This document shows, one piece after another, positions 43,618 to 57,861 of a stretch of 64,000 nt of DNA. The stretch is taken from NCBI GenBank assembly GCA_000165425.1, contig CT868017.1, positions 124,001-188,000 of the forward strand, in the 5' to 3' direction. This stretch comes from Paramecium tetraurelia (lineage: Eukaryota). Within the stretch, counting starts at the first letter, position 1; each line of letters begins with the position of its first letter. The notes below the pieces were generated by a model that worked only from the letters and a program-made list of their open reading frames with translations, searched no databases and was not told where the DNA came from. A program made the position numbers and the translations under genes.

Positions 43618-44846
43618 TCAGAGAATGCTACTTCTATTTGTGTTGCCTTAATTTAATTTTAGATGACCTTTGGTTTTCTCGAAATGATCTTGAAAAACAA
43701 ATGCTTCTTGCAAGAGCATCTCAAGTTGTACTTCTGTCCATTCCTTAGTTGGTAAATTCTATAAAAATATGACTGCTTCACTCATATTCTTTGATTTGAT
43801 CTATTTTATTTTGTTGATTTACTTCAGGTGCACATTTAAGAATTAGGTTTGTTACTGTGTACACATGCAAATTGGCCATTTCATCGCCTTCAGCTAAATA
43901 AGTATCCAATAATCTGATCGTTAAGGATAATGGAAACTCTCTTATCAATAGGCATAACACCCATCTAAAGGCGAAGTGATTCAAATCTATTTGTTGATCC
44001 TCAAAGTATTGATACAAGGGATAGTCAAGCTTAAGAGTATTTATTAATTCTTACTATTTTGATGAGTTCCCTGATTTTTACATATGCTTCCTAAACGCCT
44101 GGTTAATTTGCAGTGAAATAATCTTAAATGTTTTCAATTATTTTGCATAAACACCAATAAATATCAGCTTCAATATCAATCAAGATTTCTTCTGGCAATT
44201 TGTCAAAATTAGAAGGGACATCAAAAGAATTGAAATCTATTGGAACATATTCATTCAAGAATACTACAACTAAAGGCGATGCCACATCATTGATTCCTTG
44301 AACATAGCCACTCATAGGATGTCGCATATTCCATATAAATAAAAGCCTCTTAAACATTTCTTGAATCCTGGGATCTCTAAATAGTTTATAATCAGGCTGA
44401 GTTCTCAAGACATCATTTTATATAATCTTTATGATTTTCCTCTCGTTTTCATCCCTTTCTTGTTCGTTCATATGTTCGTAATAATTTCTTAATGTATTGT
44501 TGATAATCTTATCTTTTCTTTAATAAAATAGTGGTCTGACTCATGTGATTAGGAGGAATATATTTTACAATTAATTTCCACACTTTAGCTCTATATTCTA
44601 GTAATATTTATCGAAAACAATACCATTAGGTATTCCTCTCCATGTGAGTTTCTTAAGAGCCTCCAAATCAATTATTTGTTGTTCAAGTACAAGTTCAAAT
44701 TGCTCTAATTTTTTTTAATCCTGAATCGTTGAGGAAATTTATTTTTTTTGAAATGGCGATTTATTATAAATTTCATTTAAGTTAGTCTTATACAGAGAAC
44801 TTTAAGAATCTGTTTTTTATCCAAAGAATTTCTTTAAAAATGCCAT
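43618..44846 (-). CDS. TBC1D22/Gyp1-like Rab GTPase-activating protein
   Basis: LTWRGIP, IIQNDVLRTQP, WNMRHPMSGYVQGINDV, IEADIYWC, FAFRWVLCLLIREFP. Confidence 0.9.
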
Positions 44847-45025
44847 TATTCAATCTATATATTGAATTTATTAAATAATGATTACATCAATGATTGTAAT
44901 ATATTACTATAATTTGCAATAAAAATGATGGGTTCAAGAGAATGCGATTATTTGAACTATCTTATATTATTATATAAATTGGATGAAATGAATCAGATTA
45001 ATTCATCTTAATATAAAAAATTTTA

Positions 45026-46809
45026 TCAAATCATTTAGGAATATTGTATAAGGCTTTTTTCCAATTAAGTCACAAGGTTTCTGTGTAAATAGTAAGAAAT
45101 AAATACCCCATAGATTTATTATCTGCTTAGCTAACAGAGACTAAACTTCTATCTAGATGTTCATTCTCTTATTTAAGTTTTCTTTGCAATTCTTATTGAG
45201 CCTTTCTGACCAACTCCATGGAGAGTTTTTCTAAAGCCTTTTGCTCATTTAACTATTGACTATCTTTAATCACTTATTTAAATCTTAAATCTTTAAGTCT
45301 TTCTTATCTTTAATAATTTTCGATCAAGTCTTGCTATTTAATTTTCATTTTCTCTTTTCTTATATACTTTTAAAAGTCTTTTTCATCTTTTCGTCTGCTA
45401 GTCAACTCATCTTAATCCAAGAACTTCTTCTCTAGATCGGTAACTCGTTGCAATTATAGTGACTAGATTTTTTTCAATGAATCCTAGGCTTTTTTGCGTT
45501 TGGTAAGTTCTTCCTTTAGTTTTGCTTATTCATTAATTTACTTTTGTTTTTCAAGCACTAAAATATATACACAATTATATTATACTTTATAGTTCTTATT
45601 CTTTATTAAACATTTTTTCGACAACTTTCTAAATAGTTTCTGCTTCCTTTTATTCAGTTTGCAGTTTAATTTTTCTTAGTTTTTCATCATAATGAGAACT
45701 CCTCATAGTCAATTTTTCTAATTTACTTTCCCATGTAAACTTCTCTTTATTTGTATTGCACTCATTTTCTAGATGGTAAGGAGAATAGAGATACATTTAA
45801 CTTGCAAATTGGATAGAGTAAGTGTCATTTTGTCTTCCATAAATTTATCAAATTTTCTTTTGTTGGCTCTGACGGTTTCAAATTTTTATCTTAATGTTTT
45901 TTCATGTTCTTCAATTTCTTTTTTCTTAATTTGTTCATCGAGTTATAATTTTTTTCCCAATTCTTCAAATCTTTCTAATTACCTCTTGCGTTCATCAATT
46001 TATTTTAGGTTAAATTGTTTTTCTTTGTTTTTGATTTCATTAAATTTCTTTTAAGCAGCTTCCAATTTCTTTTTCTTCTTTAACATCTTCTCCTTCCTGA
46101 TCTTTTCATTTAATTCAGCAATCTTTTTTTCTCTTTCTTCCATGTCTTATTGCAACAAATGTCTTCTCTTCTCATTCTCCAACTGATGATGAACTTCCTT
46201 GGCCTTCACTCCGAGAGCTCTCTTATATTTTCTGATCTCCTTCTCCAATTATTCTTCCAAGACTAGAACTGGATCTTCTTCGTCGAAGGATTCGTAGGAA
46301 TTGTCATTTTCCTCTTCCTGTATCTTGAGGTTAACCATCTTTTTGTTGTAAGTTTCTATCAAATCATTGATCAAACTAATAAAATGTAAATGAGCATTTG
46401 GAGATACCCCTCATCTCGATGGAATGATTTTTCTAATTAAATATTTTGCAATCCTTTATTCTTCTTGGTTATTTATTTTCTCTTCTTGGAGATCTCCTTG
46501 AATGTAACTTTCTATAAAGATGGAAAATATACTCTCCATTTTTTTTACATAATGATCAAATCTCATTTTCTGAACTGCTTCAGTGACATTGGGCCCACCA
46601 AATTCTTCCAATTTTCTTAGTGTGATAATGCTTCATTACTTGAGTTTGAAGATAGAGGGATCATAACCCAAAGCCAGACAAGCCTCCCTGGTCTTAGGAC
46701 TATCTGGCCTCAGATTCAACCCTTTTTTAGTATAACTAAAGACAGTGGCTCTCCTGGGCTAAGCAACTCTACTGCTGAGTTAGAGCAATGCATTTTCATT
46801 TAAATTCAT
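45026..46809 (-). CDS. Hypothetical coiled-coil protein
   Basis: DSPKTREACLALGYDP..MRFDHY N-terminal segment followed by a long E/K/Q/R-rich helix. Confidence 0.7.
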
Positions 46810-46817
46810 TTTAATTA

Positions 46818-48339
46818 ATGTCTGAATCACCATTAATCACTCCATTATTACAACAATATCAAGTGGAATTGTAGGCAAAGTTGAATGAATGCTTTGAAAA
46901 CAACGAAGTCAAGGGAATGCTGCAATTAATAGATCAATTGGGACAAGACATAAGGGATGAGCCGCAACTCCAAGATTTGCTGAATCTACCATTATTGAGA
47001 AAATTGATGAAGCATCTCTCATCAACCAATCCCCAACAAGTCAGAAGTTCCATCATAATACTGGACGCAATAATGCAGCGAAAAATCATCGCCAACAGAC
47101 TTCTCCATCAAAGAGGTGCCGAAAGAACCATGGTGGATCTAGCAAATAGTTTATTGAACCTATAATAATAATTGCGGCATACCTCCTTAGAATTGCACAT
47201 CGATGAGCTCCTTGTTGGTTTATAAGTAAAATACGTTGACAAGAAACAGTCAGACTTAAGTGCCTTGAAATAGGCCTTGAAGCAATTCCAAGATAACAAT
47301 GGTCTTTTCATTAGGCAATTGGAGACCCTCTTATCCTAGTGTGAGAGCATCATTGATCAATATTATCTATTCGGAAGTCCACTGCAAGAACTTATTTATG
47401 AATATCTATTAATGATTAGGTAGATGGAAGAAAAACAATAGGTGAACTACTTGACTCAACTTTTAGGTATTTACGAAAGATACATTTTGGATGTGCAATA
47501 TACAATACAAGAAATGCAATAACGAACCTACTACATTAAAATAGAGAAGTAAATGATCTTACACGAGATATCCAACATATATAAAAGTTGTGCTCAACTC
47601 TTAAATATGATCCTGGTGTTGCCAGAAGAAATTGGATTACAAAAGAGAATCTATCTGATGATTAAAGTCTTGTATAAATATGTTCCAGATCTGAGAGTAG
47701 CTTTGATGGGACCCATACAATTGGTGATGCGCAATCTCTCTTTGTTTTTAAGCAAGGATGCCCAAGAATACAAGGAAATCACTATCTTCTTGTATTAACT
47801 GATCCATTCATCAGATTATGATGAGAAATTCAAGCAATCTCTTCTTGATGACGAGGATCTTGCATATCTGAGAGAAAATAAGTAAGATTTATTGTAATTT
47901 TCATAGATATTTCTCTGTTAAAGCTCTAAGCTATGTGGATGAGTCTTAAAGTGTTTCATCTCTGAGACACTTGAACATTCAAGCAGCCTTCCCTTGTTAT
48001 GCCATCATCTAAGCAGCATCCATCTATTGCTATTCATTCATGGTGGATAAACCGAATTCGCTCATTTTTTGGAGTTTCAGAACACTTGATTATGATGTAT
48101 CCTTTGGACTCTTTAAATTGCAAACAATCGAAGACTTAGGAATCATTGATTATGTGAATGAAAGGAATGGAGTTAAGTCATTGATCAAACTACAAAGAAT
48201 TGAATCTCATAAGCAGCCGATCATTGGAGTCACAGTTATATCCAATCCAGGACTATATAGGATTGTATTTGATAATAGTTATAGTTATCTGAGGTCCAAA
48301 TAGTTGTTTTATAGTATACATTTGCTAGAAACTAAATGA
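46818..48339 (+). CDS. Helical-repeat protein with a C-terminal GOLD domain
   Basis: WSFRTLDYDVSFGLF..RIESH..PGLYRIVFDNSYSYLRSKQLFYSI. Confidence 0.8.
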
Positions 48340-48562
48340 ATATTATTTGTTTTATTTAGTATATCTTTAAAGAGTTAAAATTTATTAAATTATTTGAATA
48401 ATCTATTGTCTTATTTTTAGATATTATATTCTATTTCAACTCTATATTAGAATTAATTATAGATAAAAAATTTAAGATATTGTAATATCTAATAATGTTA
48501 TTAAAATAATCTCTATAGCTAAAATTTAGAAATCCCTTTAAAATAATAACGATCATAATCTA

Positions 48563-49462
48563 TCAAAAAGTCTTCAAATTCAACAAATTTGATACTCCAT
48601 TTCCAGTTGGCACCCATGTAATATTTGGACTCTTGGCTAATTACTCGGCAATATGCTTAGCTGTCTCTAACTTCTTTATCTCGATTTAAGCTATTAATCT
48701 AATAAATATTTCTACCTGTTCCGTATTATTTGACTGCATCATTGATCAATCTGGCTGCCTCTGATTCTCCTTCAGACAATATGACTTTGGCATTCTTTTC
48801 TTCTTCATCTCTCAACACAATGAACTTCTATCTCTCAGCCAATTATTAAGCCACTTGCTTTGCCTCAATAGCCTAAGCATATTCCTTCATAAATCCTAAA
48901 TGAGTGATTGACACATCATCCAATACTATCTTAAACTCCTTGGCTCTTTCAATCAAACCTTCCTTAATTTCTTATGAGATCTTCTCTCTCATTTTGATTA
49001 ATTGATCTGCATCATATTAAGCAACTACTGCCTTTAACACCTCATTTGCAATTGATGGGAGAATCTTCTCTTCATAATTCAAACCAATAGTTCTAATCTA
49101 TTAGACAGTCAATTTACTTATAAATCTCAGGCAAATATGATTCAATGGGTTTGTGAAGCATTCTGATTGCAATATCAACTGTTTACAAGTCTTTTGTACC
49201 AGTATGAGATGCCACTGTTTTGGGTTACAATCTAACCTCTGCAACAATTGGAGACTAACATAAATTCTACCATGTATACTTAAATAACAGGGATGAAAAA
49301 ATGCATTCCTTCCCCATAGACATTTTCCTTGACTCCTTGGAAACGATCAAATATTAATCCTCTCTAGCCTCCGTCTACTGTATAAAAGAATGATTTAAAT
49401 AGTATTCCACCACCAACAAGTACGGATCCTGCTGTTAAAATTAGATTTGCGGCTCTTTCCAT
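48563..49462 (-). CDS. PHB1: Prohibitin 1
   Basis: [61 protein letters not shown]. Confidence 0.95.
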
Positions 49463-49945
49463 TTTTAATTATTAATTATGGACAATAAACAAAAATTAAT
49501 CAATCTAATAATCAAAGAACATAAATTTATAAATGACCTAGATTATTGACAACTTGTTGAGGTAATGGAATTATGGTAATATTTCAGAATCATGATGATG
49601 AACAATTGAATAAAGAAACTAAATTAATTTTAATGCAATACTTTTTAATTAAATTTACTCTCTATATATACATACATTGATTCTTTATGTGGTACATATA
49701 TTAACTACTTAATCATGAAGTTATTCAAAACATCCTAATATTTTGGATAGTTGAATTATTTTTCAAAAGGGAATTGTTGGAAACAACAATATGGATAGAG
49801 GGTTATTAATAAAATGGAAAGACAATCCTTATAAATTTAGACTTGGATTGGAAAGACAATTCTCATCAATTTGGTCTTATAAAAAAGGTCCATATGGGAA
49901 TGAATGTTGAACATATAAAATTATGATTAATAAATATATTTTATC

Positions 49946-50363
49946 ATGCAAGGAAAGAAAGTGTTGGTGGCTGATGATGAACCCTTTGCTCAAAATTTAT
50001 TGAAGATGCTGTATGGTGCTCTGTAAGTAGAATGCGTAGTGGTGTCTAATGGAAAGGAAGCCTTGGAAGCGTATCAATAATCACCTAATTTTGTTCACGT
50101 ATTGATGGATATTCATATGCCAGTGATGGACGGATATGATGTAAATGCTTAAATTAATTCTTAGTCTGCAAAGTAAATCAGAGCTCATGAAAAAGCAAAA
50201 GGATTACCTAGATGCAAGATACTTGGCCTCAGTGGAGGTAAATATAATTATAATTTGATTCAAAGATGGTGATCCTAAGACAAAGGCAGCATGCATCACC
50301 GCTGGTATGGATGATTTGTTAGTCAAGCCATTGAAAAAAGACCAATTATCATAGTTTTTATGA
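49946..50363 (+). CDS. Stand-alone CheY-like response regulator receiver protein
   Basis: KVLVADDEP, NGKEAL, VLMDIHMPVMDGYD, ILGLSG, AGMDDLLVKP; two tiny introns. Confidence 0.9.
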
Positions 50364-51026
50364 TTTTAACACATCTTATTTTTATCATATTCTGCAGTAA
50401 TTAATATAGATAATAAGTGAAAATTATAATAATACCTAAAATGTAGAAAGTAAGAATGCACAATAATGATATAGAATCATGTTCTCTTTATTTTGTTTTC
50501 TACTTCTTCGAACAAAGTTCAGATATATAATTAATATAAAAATCTTGTGAATATTTTTAGCAAAAGAGTTTCTGCATTATTATTATTTTTTATTTGATTG
50601 GATACCCAAATGGAAAATAAGGAACAGCAGAATGTTATGGTAACATTGATAAAATAAACCTTGTTTTTAGTGTGAATAATATGCAGCCATTCAAAGATTG
50701 GTTTGATCAATTTATTACCTATTGAAATAATAAGTAAGTGATTCAAAAAAAGCAGGAAAGACCTAAAAAACTATACATTTTAGATGAGGCAACAGTGAAT
50801 GCAAGATTTGTGATGTTGTGTTTATGAGCTTTTAGCAACTCTACTCTCACGGCCAGAAGTATTTAGAATTCCAAAAGATTGATAGTCTCTCCTACTTTCA
50901 TCAAGGTTACTCTTAATACAGGTGGTTACTTAAGTTGGAGCAAGTCTGTTTGTTGTCCCTGAAGTGTTCAAACCATACTTGTTTTTTAGATAATGATTTA
51001 TATTGTAGCACACACAAATATAATTA

Positions 51027-53040
51027 ATGAACATTCTTGCAATAGGCTTGATTTCTATATCCATTCTCACTTTTGTGATCTATCTAATATGTTATATCCT
51101 CAGTGGGAGTATAGTGATCTCAGTAGCCATTCTTTTACTATGTTTATACAAAATAGCTCACTTGATATGCACATTAATTACATTTCCAGGATCTGTCAAA
51201 TCACTTTACTACAAATTTACCTTGTTGAATCTAAGCGATTATTTTGTAAGTAGAACCTTATAGAATTTGACAATAATCATAAATTCTATGAATCCTCATA
51301 GGTATACACCTCAAACTATTGAAAATGCAATCTAATTTTTGAATATACAATGTAGGTCTCTATAAGAAATGAATAAGAGGAATGACCTACAAAACAAATA
51401 CCATGTCCAATTGAAGCTTTTGAGTGAAGAATTGATGCAAATCCCCAAAAATGAATCACTTGATAAATTATAGACAGAGAAGAAACAGAGAATCACTTCC
51501 TAAAGCAAACAACTACAAATCTTCCTTGAACACTACGCCTACCAAATGTCCAAGCAGAGTATTATTAGAAGATTCTTCTAACATGAATTCCTCTGCACTC
51601 TCGAATAGAGAAGAATTGAAATTTTAATTTAAAATAACAATGTTGAGAGACATCTTCTCAAGAATGCCAGCAGCTAAGAAACTATAGATTGTTTGTTCAT
51701 TAAGCATAATGAAAATGGACCGACAGTGCTCTTTTGTAATCCCAATGCTGGGTATTATGAATACATGTTCTTTGATGTAATACTAGTAATCCTATTTTTG
51801 TTAGTGCGATTGGTTTAGATTTTATGCCTAGATGAAATTCAATATTATTTTATGGAACTACAGAAGTTTTGGAGAAAGCACAGGCAGTATTTCAATAGAA
51901 AACTGTATTGAGGATGGCCGTTACGTTGCTGAATATTTTAGGAGCAAGTAAAAAATCAAAACACTGGGAGCTCATGGTTAATCCTTGGGAGGAATGGTGG
52001 CAGCAGAAGTTGCGTATAAAATGAAGCTTTAATTCCTAATTGTCGATAGAAGCTTTTCCTCATTGGGTCAAGTGGCAGCTGCGATGTAAATAAACAAATC
52101 AAAAGCATTAGGTTCTCCTCTTCGACTGTCAGATTCATTTATAATTGCCTTGTAAGTTGGGATAAACCGAATTATCTGGCTTATTACAAATACGTGGGAC
52201 CAAAATTAATAATTTAAGATCCGAAGGATGAAATACTACCGTATGAATCGTAGTTGCAAACTGCAGTGGTGCGTTGTCACTTTACTGATTAGCCAATAAA
52301 ATACTCGTTCAAGCATTCCTATTTTAATCAAGAATCTACTTGTATATTTGATATCAATTTTAGAATATTTGAAATACTTTTATTCAAAAATATTGTCAAA
52401 GAAACATGTACTTGAATTGTGCACGTCACTTTAATACATTATCAATTTGGCCATCAAGATTAATCAAGCTGAAAATAAATAAGAATCTGATAACAACAAA
52501 CAATATATTGAATTGCAGAATAACGATGATGATCTAGATGCAGCCAAACCTATACTATCATAAGTCTATTCACTTTTTTCATTAATCCATTATTGTGGCA
52601 ATAGTTTATTGGATGTAATGAATAGATAGGCGAATCCAGAGAAGATTGCTTTGTTTTTTGGCAGTTGTTTTGCATTTGATTAACAAGATGACGGTGAGTT
52701 TGAAAAATGCTTCCAGAATTTCGAAGTTAGTTGTACAGAGTTTTTGGAATCCTCTCATTATTACATTAATTGGGGCTAAGTAATTATAGTAATGACATTG
52801 ATTAGATTCGAACTCACATTAGGATAATTAGAGACATCAGTCGAAGTATTATTGGCAAATTCCAACATATCAAACAAAGCAATGATTACTCTCTGGAAAT
52901 GACTGGTTACACCAATGACTCAGATTTGTGCAAGAAGAACATGTTAGGAGAATTGGTTTCAGTTTCATGTGGACACAACAACAATCTAAGCAGAGAAGAT
53001 ACCTATTTAGTATAGAAATTCTTGTTGAAAAATAAACTGA
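51027..53040 (+). CDS. Membrane-anchored alpha/beta hydrolase (ABHD13/16-like)
   Basis: Two N-terminal TM helices; VLFCNPNAGYYE, WNYRSFGES, HGQSLGG, VDRSFSSL, DEILP, CGHN. Confidence 0.85.
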
Positions 53041-53091
53041 GATGATTATATTTATCTTCTATTTTTCATTTAATTATTATTATTCACTTCT

Positions 53092-55326
53092 ATGGTTGAT
53101 ACTCCTTCCGTTCAGTTCCTTGGATATGTGACACCTTAACTTTCATCCCATTACACAATTTTTGAGGAAAAGGATAATGTGCTCATCTACCTCAATTACT
53201 TTGAGATCGATAATTAGATGCTAATTCTGCTGTCTCCCTGTCCAATCGAATATAGTCAATAAAGTAAAATTCATCATCATAATCCCTTTCAGGTTTCATA
53301 GTATTTAGCTCCACAATCCGTCCTCGATACAGAGTTTCTCAGAAACTCATGGTGTCTCTGGACTAATTTAAATCGATAGTGAGCTTCAACATTCTGCTAT
53401 TTGGGGATTTATACTTAACAAACAAAACACAATTCCAGCCTTTCAATGCTCGAAACTTTTAGACTTTTATAAGTCCCAATCCTTTGCCATAAATTAATAT
53501 TTTGGTGGTTCCTGGAGTTTACAGTATTCACTTTGATCAGATATACGAATTCCTGGAAAGCAAATTAGCGTAAAAAAATGAATAGATTTAACCTCAACCT
53601 AAATTTGATATTCTTGTTTACACTACAAATCCTTACAGAGTGTGCAACATTCAATACTAATTTGATAAAACTACTTAATTAATCGATTATTTCTTTTATT
53701 TGATTGACAACCAAATCTATACCGACATAAACGAGATTCAATAGTAATTCATGTTGGAAGACATTAAAGGCACGCTATTCGATTTCTTGTAAGGTAAAAA
53801 TTACCCAAATTCCACACCCAATATTCAATCCATTCGAAAGAACTTCACTTACAATGCTTAGGACACTAAATTCTATATATTGCAACAAATCAAAGGCTTC
53901 AATTAGATTCATTAAAATGCTGATTTTGTGAAGATATGTAATATAATTTACAAATATAAGTTTAGTCTGTCAAAATTGTGAAGATGGAAACAAATGTACT
54001 TTGTTATCCTCTTAGAATCAATAGATTTATTTCGCTGGGTAAAGTTCACTATTTAAATATCCTCTATCTGTCAAATTTTTGGATTTAGTTTCTAGGACAT
54101 TTTCGCAATTGATTTGCCAGTTATTTCTGATAACAAATGCATAGAATGCCACTTATAAAATCAATAGATTGGCCAACCTTGATAGAGTTGAAGAAGCTAT
54201 TTCCTGTCCTTCATTCAATTCTCAAAGAAATTATCAAAATTTAGAAATGCTTGGTGACGTTGTAATTAAGTATTTAACATCTGCAATGTTATTTGAAGAC
54301 TCTAAGTACAAAACTGAAAACACTCTGTCCTCAGCAAGAGTTCGTTTAATCACTAATAAACACTTAAGCTCAATTTATGGAAATCTCAAATTGAATGCAA
54401 TGAATTTTAAAATTAACTCCAAGAAACTTCTAAATCACATGATGATGATTATCAATGAACATGAGGATTCCAAACTATCTCAAAAACAATAAGCAGATAT
54501 ATATGAAGCCTTATGCGGAGCCTGTTACATTAAAAATTATTAATTCAAAGATTTGATGGATTTTTTTAAATTAACAAAGTTAGAATTTTAAGGCACTGTT
54601 CCACAATACTATAAAGGAAACCCTCTTATTGATTTCTCCATTATCTCTCAGGATCCAGGTAAGGATAATGATTATCCTTTAAAAAAATAAATTTTAAAAA
54701 GGCCTTTCTCTGAAACTGTAAAATTTGACCAACCTTTTGAGGAATTTTAAGATTATCTAGGATGCAAATTGAATTTGATTGCCGAAGCTATGACTGTCGA
54801 TTAATTTGAAAGATTAGAGTTCTTTGGAGATGCAATCCTTGAATTATTGGTTATTGTGAATGTCCATAAGGAATGTGAAAAACTATACTACAATCCTAGA
54901 TAACAATAATTATGTCGAGAAGGCAAAATTACTTAAAAATTGTTACTTTGTCCAGGGATGTTGCATACAGCTAAAATATCTTTACTTGACAGTGGATTTA
55001 TGGGTACAATGGCTATCTACCATAATTTCCATTAGTATGCGAGAAACCTTCCAAAGGAGATTTAAAATAGTATAAAAAAAGCCTTAGCATTATTAAGACA
55101 GGATCAATTTACTGATTTTAGGAGAATCAATTAATATTCATAGTAGATTCCAAAAATCATGAGTGATCTATGGGAGAGTGTGGCAGCTTGTATTTTAGTG
55201 GAGTATGGATGGGAAAAGGTGATTGAAATCTATGGAGAAATGTACAAACCCTATATCAAATATTTTGTTGATAACATATCTTTGATTTACGACTTTTGTC
55301 AAAGCACTGGAAATTTAAAATAATGA
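53092..55326 (+). CDS. DCL: Dicer-like protein with two RNase III domains and no helicase
   Basis: RNase IIIa NYQNLEMLGDVVIK...ADIYEALCGA; RNase IIIb FERLEFFGDAILE...PKIMSDLWESVAA; about 730 aa. Confidence 0.9.
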
Positions 55327-55361
55327 CATTATTTTTAATATAAAAATTAATAATATATAAG

Positions 55362-56617
55362 TCATTTTAATTTTTTCGGCTTTTCTGAAATCCCTGAAAA
55401 ATTGAGTTCGTTTTACATTTAATATAATTTATCCTCCATTCTACCTATTACATTCTAGAATTTATTCAAGAATTCTTCCTAGAACTCTTTCTCTACATTA
55501 TTATGATCCTCTTCATCATCAAAATGGAAGCTACGTTTTTAATGATACTCCTTTGAATTCTATTTCTCTCTTGTGATCTATTGTAATTGATGATTTATCT
55601 TGTTGTTTGTAAAAAATGTTTTAGGAGGTCTTTGCAACATAGGTTATGCATAATTTTGTTAAGTGTGCAAATAAGTTGGAGATGGCTGATTGCATTTATC
55701 TTAGAGCACAGGGGATGTTAAAGGTTATTAATAGATATTTTGATTTAGATTAGGTTGTGAATACAAGGGCTATTGTGGAATTTATGAGATTATTTATTTC
55801 ATTTATTATGGCTGAGTCATCTCATACTAAACATGAACAGGCGTATTATTCAAATGTTAAGCTGAGCATTTATCTCTCTCTATAATCCTTTCATATTGAC
55901 TCAATAGCTCTTTTTATTCCTTTATTACACTTTACAGTTTTTAAACTTCATCTCTATGTTATTCATATAATAAATCATATTTCTGTTTCTCCTCATTAAT
56001 TTTACTCTGCATTATAATATTTCTATTTTTCAATTCAATAAGTTAATCCTCAAATTAAATTTAGTGTTGTTATTTTAGATGCTAAGTATCCTGCTTCTCA
56101 ATCTCATTCAATTTCTCATAAGACTAGATCAGACCACTTTGATTATCAATAATGCCCTATAACTTTTTTATTTCTTCCAATTATGATTACTGCAACTATT
56201 CGATTTATTTAATGCTATCATCTCTTTACTATTTGATATGTAATTCCTTTTATAGATTTTATTATCTGCACTAATCCAATTAATTAGCTAGCTTCTCATT
56301 CTAATCTTTCAAAATCGTAATTTAATCAATTTATTGCTCAATCAAGTATTTGGATTCTGTGCAGTTTCTTTGCAATTACTCATTTTCCTATTGTAGATCT
56401 AACATACAAATGAATGATTACTATAATTTTCATTTTGCAATTAATTAATTGTCTCTGATACTCTCTACACTTCTTCAGCCCATTCCTCTTTTAACAATTA
56501 CTTTTCCTACAATTCTTCACAAGCATCTTTAAGTTATTATTTGAGAGCATTATTCTGTTGCATAAGAATAGCTAGACTTCCTTTGATTTCTTAGTACTTT
56601 ATCTGATAATCACTCAT
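55362..56617 (-). CDS. Hypothetical coiled-coil, Gln-rich protein
   Basis: MSDYQIKYQEIKGSLAILMQQN... heptads with a Q/P-rich tail. Confidence 0.65.
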
Positions 56618-56846
56618 AGATGGGCGTTGTTATATAAATATAAAATTTGAAATTAAAAATATGTTATAAATTAATAAAATTAATCTTCAATTATTAATGT
56701 TCTTTTAAACATTCCGAATACATAAGACAATAATCATATTATAAGAAAGACTTAATAAGAGAGTAGAAATGTATTTGGATTTATGTGTTTTATAATTAGA
56801 TATTGAATTACTTATCTTTATATCAATTATTGATATTTTTATACCC

Positions 56847-57843
56847 TCATAACATTCCAGTTGTTTTTTGTAGGAATTTGTCCACTAATTCATTATAAAT
56901 GCTTGCTAAATGGCCATATGGATTATCGTAACTTTTATCTTCGAAATTGTAATCATAGATTTATCCTTCTAATCCTACGAAACGACCCTAGATCAATATA
57001 TTTTTGATACTCCAAAGGCTTTAAATAAGGCATCAGGAGCACATATATCCCATTTGCTCATCTTGACTCCAAGATAGATAAATAGGCTTGCCTTGCCTTC
57101 CAATAATGTAAGACTCTTTTTTCCTGATCCTCCCATTTAGAGGAGAGAACAACCAAGAGATTTTATTTTTTGCAATTTTTGCTCATCTATTCTTTTATTC
57201 TGTGTGCACAAGACAATGTTGGAAGGATCATAATTTGGCTTTAAGAGTTCAAATGGAATCTATGATGTAGTATCATATGTATAAAACACTCTCTTTTGTG
57301 GATGATGACCAAAGTATATCTTAGGTTTAAACTCGTATTGTTTGTCAGCAATTTTAACAAATGGTTGGGAGATGATTCCAATTAGAGCTTACTTCTTGTA
57401 TGAGACACCAATCAAAGTGGTGACACAATCAAATTCGCCTGTAACAAAATCAAGAGTTCCATCTAGAGGGTCAACCCAAACACAAAGATCTTCAATTTCA
57501 TATTCAGTTCTCACTTTGGCATTGTTGGGTGTTTTGTTGAAGATATCCTCTGTATATAGATTGATATGAGTATCAGGCAAATCTATTGGGTCATCATAGA
57601 CAGTAGATTCTTCGCCAACAATCCTTAGTTACGGCCTTGTATATTATTAGATTAGAATTACCAATGCTTACGGAGTTACTAGACTATGTAGGTTTAAGCT
57701 TTAACATCAGCGATGGTGACAGGATCATCGATGCCTTTCCATTTCTAGCCAATATCAGCAGATTATCTAATTTGATTAATAATTATTGCTGCGTTGTAAG
57801 CTAATTGGGTTGCGACTGAAAAGAATTCGTGTACTTAAAGCAT
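56847..57843 (-). CDS. 3'(2'),5'-bisphosphate nucleotidase / inositol monophosphatase family
   Basis: DPVTIADVKAQ, IVGEE, VWVDPLDGT, GGSGKK, KWDICAPDAL. Confidence 0.9.
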
Positions 57844-57861
57844 ATTATTATTTTTATTTTA

